Part shown: positions 55,901 to 64,000 of the stretch, piece after piece
How positions within the stretch are numbered: position 1 is the first letter of the stretch
Layout: each line of letters opens with the position of its first letter
From: Acidimicrobiia bacterium
GTDB taxonomy: Bacteria; Actinomycetota; Acidimicrobiia; Spongiisociales; ZC4RG35
Direction: 5' to 3'
DNA length: 64,000 nt
Assembly: GCA_015488325.1 (NCBI GenBank)
Contig: WFOA01000010.1
Location: 15,945-79,944 of the forward strand
Notes under the pieces: generated by a model
What the model saw: the letters and a program-made list of their open reading frames with translations, nothing else
What the model was told of the DNA's origin: nothing
Databases searched by the model: none
Position numbers and translations under genes: made by a program

Positions 55901-56623
55901 ATGCCGGTCGAGGATTTCGGCGACTACATCCTGCTGACGAACTTCGGCTACTACGTGGAGCGGTTCGCCGAGCGTTTCGACTGCCCGATCACCGGCACCG
56001 ACCGCCCCATGCAGGCGGCCACCAACGACGACGGCCTCACCATCGTCAACTTCGGGATCGGCACCGCCAACGCCGCCACGATCATGGACCTGCTCACCGC
56101 CCGCCGGCCCGCCGGGGTCCTGTTCCTCGGCAAATGCGGCGGGCTCAAGCATTCGACCGAGATCGGGCATTTCATCCTCCCGATCGCCGCCATCCGGGGA
56201 GAGGGCACCTCCAACGACTACTTCCCGCCCGAAGTCCCCGCCCTCCCCTCCTTCAAGCTCCACAAGTTCGTCTCCGACCGCATCGTCGCCCGGGGCCTCG
56301 AATACCGCACCGGCGTGGTCTACACGACCAACCGCCGGGTGTGGGAACACGATCAGGAGTTCCTGGCCCGGCTCCGCCGGCTCACCGCGATCGGCATCGA
56401 CATGGAGACCGCCACCCTGTTCATCGTCGGGCACGCCAACCGGATCAGCCGCGGGGCGCTGCTGTTGGTCTCCGACGTGCCCTTTCATCCCCAGGGGATC
56501 AAGACCGAGGAGAGTGACGCGCGGGTCACCGCCCAATGGTCGGACACCCACCTCGACATCGGTATCGAGGCGATGAGCCAGATCGCCCGGGAAGGCGAGC
56601 CGATCAAACACTTCACCTTCTGA
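55901..56623 (+). CDS. nucleoside phosphorylase-fold protein (PNP/UDP family, AMP-nucleosidase/MTA-nucleosidase-like)
   Basis: GIDMETATLF active-site motif of the PNP_UDP_1 fold. Start is uncertain: the track ORF begins at 55793 and would overlap the previous gene by 44 nt. Confidence 0.65.
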   Translation: MPVEDFGDYILLTNFGYYVERFAERFDCPITGTDRPMQAATNDDGLTIVNFGIGTANAATIMDLLTARRPAGVLFLGKCGGLKHSTEIGHFILPIAAIRGEGTSNDYFPPEVPALPSFKLHKFVSDRIVARGLEYRTGVVYTTNRRVWEHDQEFLARLRRLTAIGIDMETATLFIVGHANRISRGALLLVSDVPFHPQGIKTEESDARVTAQWSDTHLDIGIEAMSQIAREGEPIKHFTF

Positions 56624-56645
56624 GCGGCCCGGTAGAGTCCCCGGG

Positions 56646-56903
56646 GTGTTCGGGTTCCTGTTCTCGCTGGTCGTCGCCGCCTTCGCCGGGTGGCTGGGAG
56701 CCCGTCTGGCGGGCCGTGACGAACCCCTCGGGTGCCTGTCGTCCATCGTGTTGGGGTTCATCGGATCCCTCTTCGGGTCGTGGCTGGCCCGCACCCTCGA
56801 CCTGCCCCTCCTCTGGACGGTCCGGGGCTTCCCGGTGATCTGGGCGGTGGTGGGCGCGGCCCTGTTCGTCGCCCTGCTCAACCTCGTCGGCGGGCGACGC
56901 TGA
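56646..56903 (+). CDS. GlsB/YeaQ/YmgE-family stress-associated membrane protein (copy 2)
   Basis: 85 aa with two or three TM helices and a GxxxG-rich pattern similar to copy 1. Confidence 0.65.
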   Translation: MFGFLFSLVVAAFAGWLGARLAGRDEPLGCLSSIVLGFIGSLFGSWLARTLDLPLLWTVRGFPVIWAVVGAALFVALLNLVGGRR

Positions 56904-56927
56904 ACCCGAAGGCGGTCGGTTCCGACC

Positions 56928-58340
56928 TCAGCCGACGGCGCCGGCCTCCGCCATGTTCAGCTCGATGAGCCGGTTCATCTCGACCGCGTACTCCATCGGG
57001 AGCTCCTTCACGATCGGTTCGATGAACCCGGCCACGATCATCGAGGTCGCCTGGTCTTCGGTGAGGCCGCGACTCATCAGGTAGAAGAGCTGCTCCTCCC
57101 CGACCTTCGAGACGGTCGCCTCGTGGCCGATCTCGGCGTCGTTCTCTTCGATCTCCATGTAGGGGTAGGTGTCCGACCGGCTCTTCTCGTCGAGGATCAG
57201 GGCGTCGCAGCGGACGAAGCTGCGCGAATCCTCGGCGTCCGGCTCGACCCGGACCAGACCCCGGTACCCGGCCCGACCTCCGTCCTTCGAGATCGACTTG
57301 GAGACGATCGTCGACGTGGTGTGGGGGGCGGCATGCACCATCTTCGCCCCGGTGTCCTGGTGTTGGCCTTTCCCGGCGAAGGCGATCGACAGCACTTCGC
57401 CGTGGGCCCCGGGCTCCATGAGCCACACGGCCGGGTATTTCATCGTCAGGCGGGAACCGAGGTTGCCGTCGACCCACTCCATGGTGGCGTCGGCGTAGGC
57501 CATCGCCCGTTTCGTCACGAGGTTGAACACGTTCGACGACCAGTTCTGGATGGTCGAGTAGCGGCAGCGTCCGCCCCGCTTGACGACGATCTCGACGACG
57601 GCGGCGTGGAGAGAGTCGGTCGAGTAGATCGGAGCCGAACACCCTTCGACGTAGTGCACGTAGGCGCCCTCGTCCACGATGATGAGGGTCCGTTCGAACT
57701 GACCCATGTTCTCCGAGTTGATCCGGAAGTAGGCCTGGAGGGGCTGTTCGACGTGGACCCCGGGGGGCACGTAGATGAAGGACCCTCCCGACCAGACCGC
57801 CGAGTTGAGGGCGGCGAACTTGTTGTCGTTGGGCGGGATCACCGTCCCGAAGTACTGGCGAACCAGCTCTTCGTACTCCCGCAGGGCGGTGTCCATGTCG
57901 GTGAACAGCACCCCTTGGGCTTCGAGCTCCTCCCGGTTGCGGTGGTACACCACCTCGGATTCGTATTGGGCGGTCACCCCGGCCAGATATTTCCGTTCCG
58001 CCTCCGGGATCCCGAGCTTCTCGTAGGTCTCTTTGATCTCCTCGGGCACCATGTCCCAGGACTTGGCCTGACCCTCGGTGGGTTTGATGTAGTAGTAGAT
58101 GTCGTCGAAGTCGATGGTGTCGAGGAGCCCACCGCCGCCCCAGGTGGGCATCGGCTTGCGAAGGAAACGCTGATAGGCGCGCAGACGGAAGTCGAGCATC
58201 CAGGCGGGCTCGCCCTTCATGTCCGACATCTGGCGGATGATGTCCTCGGACAGCCCCTTCTGGGGCTTGAAGACGTACTCCTCCTCGGAGTCCTTCCAGC
58301 CCAGCTTGTAGGCACCCAGGTCGATGTCAACGGTTGCCAT
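56928..58340 (-). CDS. sufB: Fe-S cluster assembly protein SufB
   Basis: 470 aa. Highly conserved SufB sequence ([21 protein letters not shown]...[10 protein letters not shown]). Confidence 0.9.
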   Translation of the reverse strand: MATVDIDLGAYKLGWKDSEEEYVFKPQKGLSEDIIRQMSDMKGEPAWMLDFRLRAYQRFLRKPMPTWGGGGLLDTIDFDDIYYYIKPTEGQAKSWDMVPEEIKETYEKLGIPEAERKYLAGVTAQYESEVVYHRNREELEAQGVLFTDMDTALREYEELVRQYFGTVIPPNDNKFAALNSAVWSGGSFIYVPPGVHVEQPLQAYFRINSENMGQFERTLIIVDEGAYVHYVEGCSAPIYSTDSLHAAVVEIVVKRGGRCRYSTIQNWSSNVFNLVTKRAMAYADATMEWVDGNLGSRLTMKYPAVWLMEPGAHGEVLSIAFAGKGQHQDTGAKMVHAAPHTTSTIVSKSISKDGGRAGYRGLVRVEPDAEDSRSFVRCDALILDEKSRSDTYPYMEIEENDAEIGHEATVSKVGEEQLFYLMSRGLTEDQATSMIVAGFIEPIVKELPMEYAVEMNRLIELNMAEAGAVG

Positions 58341-58411
58341 GCGGCGTCTCCTCGAGGGTCTCGACGAAGCGAATTTCTACTACGCAGATAGTGTATAGGA
58401 CTCGGGCGGGT

Positions 58412-62830
<4,419 letters not shown>

Positions 62831-62913
62831 GGGTGGGCACTCCCCGGTCGGCGGAACGGCGATCTTACCTGGTGACGACGGTGCCCAAACCCGCCGGGTA
62901 CCCTGAACAGCCC

Positions 62914-63357
62914 ATGCCCGTCATCGTCGTCGGAGCCGACACCCCCGCCGGGGAGGCCGTCATCGGCGCCCTCCTCGCCCCCGGACGTGAGGTCCGGGCG
63001 TTCGTATCCGACCCCGGCGCGGCCCTCCGACTGAAGAAGGCCGGGGTGAAGGTGGCCCTCGGCGACGTCTCCGACGCCTCCCACCTCGCCGGTGCCGCCC
63101 TCAACTGTTTCAGCGTCGTGTTCATCGAGGCCGCCGCCACCGACGGCCGGGACCGGGCCTTCGCCGCGGACCGGGCCGCCGTGTTCGAAGCCTGGGCGGA
63201 GGCCGCATCCGACGCTTCGGTGCGGAGGGTGATCTGGGTTTCCAGCGTCGAACCCCCCGCAGGTGCCGCCCCCGAGTCGGCTCGGGTGGATCCGGGTCTC
63301 GCCCTCGACGAGCTGGCACGGCGGGTCGCCGAGCTCGACGACGCCGTCGAGCTCTGA
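62914..63357 (+). CDS. small NAD(P)-binding Rossmann-fold protein (NmrA/SDR-like)
   Basis: Starts MPVIVVGADTPAGEAVIGALL. 147 aa. Start chosen downstream of the track start at 62833. Confidence 0.55.
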   Translation: MPVIVVGADTPAGEAVIGALLAPGREVRAFVSDPGAALRLKKAGVKVALGDVSDASHLAGAALNCFSVVFIEAAATDGRDRAFAADRAAVFEAWAEAASDASVRRVIWVSSVEPPAGAAPESARVDPGLALDELARRVAELDDAVEL

Positions 63358-63389
63358 ACCGGGCGACCGGACCCCGCCGAGGGTTGACC

Positions 63390-63995
63390 TCAGTCGAGGG
63401 GGATCGTCGCCAGCCAGGCGAGCCGGGCGGCGAGGGCGGCCCGCTCGTAGGCCGGGGCGAGATAGGGGTAGGGGTCCACCGCCTCGCCCCGGTAGCGAAG
63501 CTCGAAGTGGGTGTGCGGAGACGAATCCTCGGTGTTCCCCGAATCCCCGACGTAGGCGATCACGTCGCCTGCCCGGACGAAGGCGCCCACTTCGATCCCC
63601 GGGGCGTATGTGTATCGGTAGTCGGCGGCCCCGTCGTCGGTGCCGGGGGTGTCGTTGTTGAGGTGCAGATACCAGGTCTCCCACCCGCCGGCGTGGGTGA
63701 CGACCAGATACCTCCCGGCGTTCCCCGACGTCCGGATCCTCGTCACCACGCCGTCGGCGGCCGCGTAGACCGGTGTCATCTTCGGGGCGAACAGGTCGTT
63801 GCCTTGGTGACGATGGTTGTGCCGGGGGTCACCGAAGGTGGACCGGAAACGGGTCACCGCCTGATCTTGGGGGAAGACGAGGACCAGCTCCGGGATCTCC
63901 ACCCCGGTGTCGGGCACCGCCGTGCCGGCGACGGCCGGTGTCGCCGGCAGGATCCCGGCCAGGGCGAGGACGATGACGATGATGCGGCGCGGCAC
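63390..63995 (-). CDS. secreted M23-family metallopeptidase (LytM domain)
   Basis: Signal peptide (IIVIVLALAGILPATPAVA). HxxxD motif (HQGND). HxH motif (SSPHTHFE). Confidence 0.8.
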   Translation of the reverse strand: MPRRIIVIVLALAGILPATPAVAGTAVPDTGVEIPELVLVFPQDQAVTRFRSTFGDPRHNHRHQGNDLFAPKMTPVYAAADGVVTRIRTSGNAGRYLVVTHAGGWETWYLHLNNDTPGTDDGAADYRYTYAPGIEVGAFVRAGDVIAYVGDSGNTEDSSPHTHFELRYRGEAVDPYPYLAPAYERAALAARLAWLATIPLD

Positions 63996-64000
63996 GACCA

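Overview
High-GC (about 70%) chromosomal segment, probably from an actinobacterium, carrying about 57 protein-coding genes at very high coding density. Many genes are coupled by ATGA/GTGA stop/start overlaps. I found no rRNA, tRNA, CRISPR array, transposase or integrase. Positions 1-33658 form one large glycan/cell-envelope polysaccharide biosynthesis locus. It contains a WecA-like initiating transferase, a Wzx flippase, a Wzy-like membrane protein, a Wzz-like co-polymerase fused to an unrecognised domain, six GT4 and three GT2 glycosyltransferases, rmlA/rmlC-type NDP-sugar genes, a CapD-type dehydratase, epimerases, a polysaccharide deacetylase, GNAT acetyltransferases, a PAPS-type sulfotransferase next to an ABC exporter, and a cell-wall-anchored beta-propeller protein. 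The remainder holds fatty-acid catabolism genes (TetR regulator plus two acyl-CoA dehydrogenases), a dispersed and partly duplicated SUF Fe-S assembly system (sufC-sufS-sufU, sufD-Rieske-sufC, isolated sufB), a two-component system flanked by secreted repeat proteins, a sigma-70 factor, gltB, and housekeeping genes. The most unusual features are three multidomain fusions (co-polymerase/degenerate ATPase/unknown domain; nucleotidyltransferase-GT4; GT4-GNAT), the sulfotransferase-containing glycan locus, and 11-bp-phased direct repeats at the two-component-system promoter.
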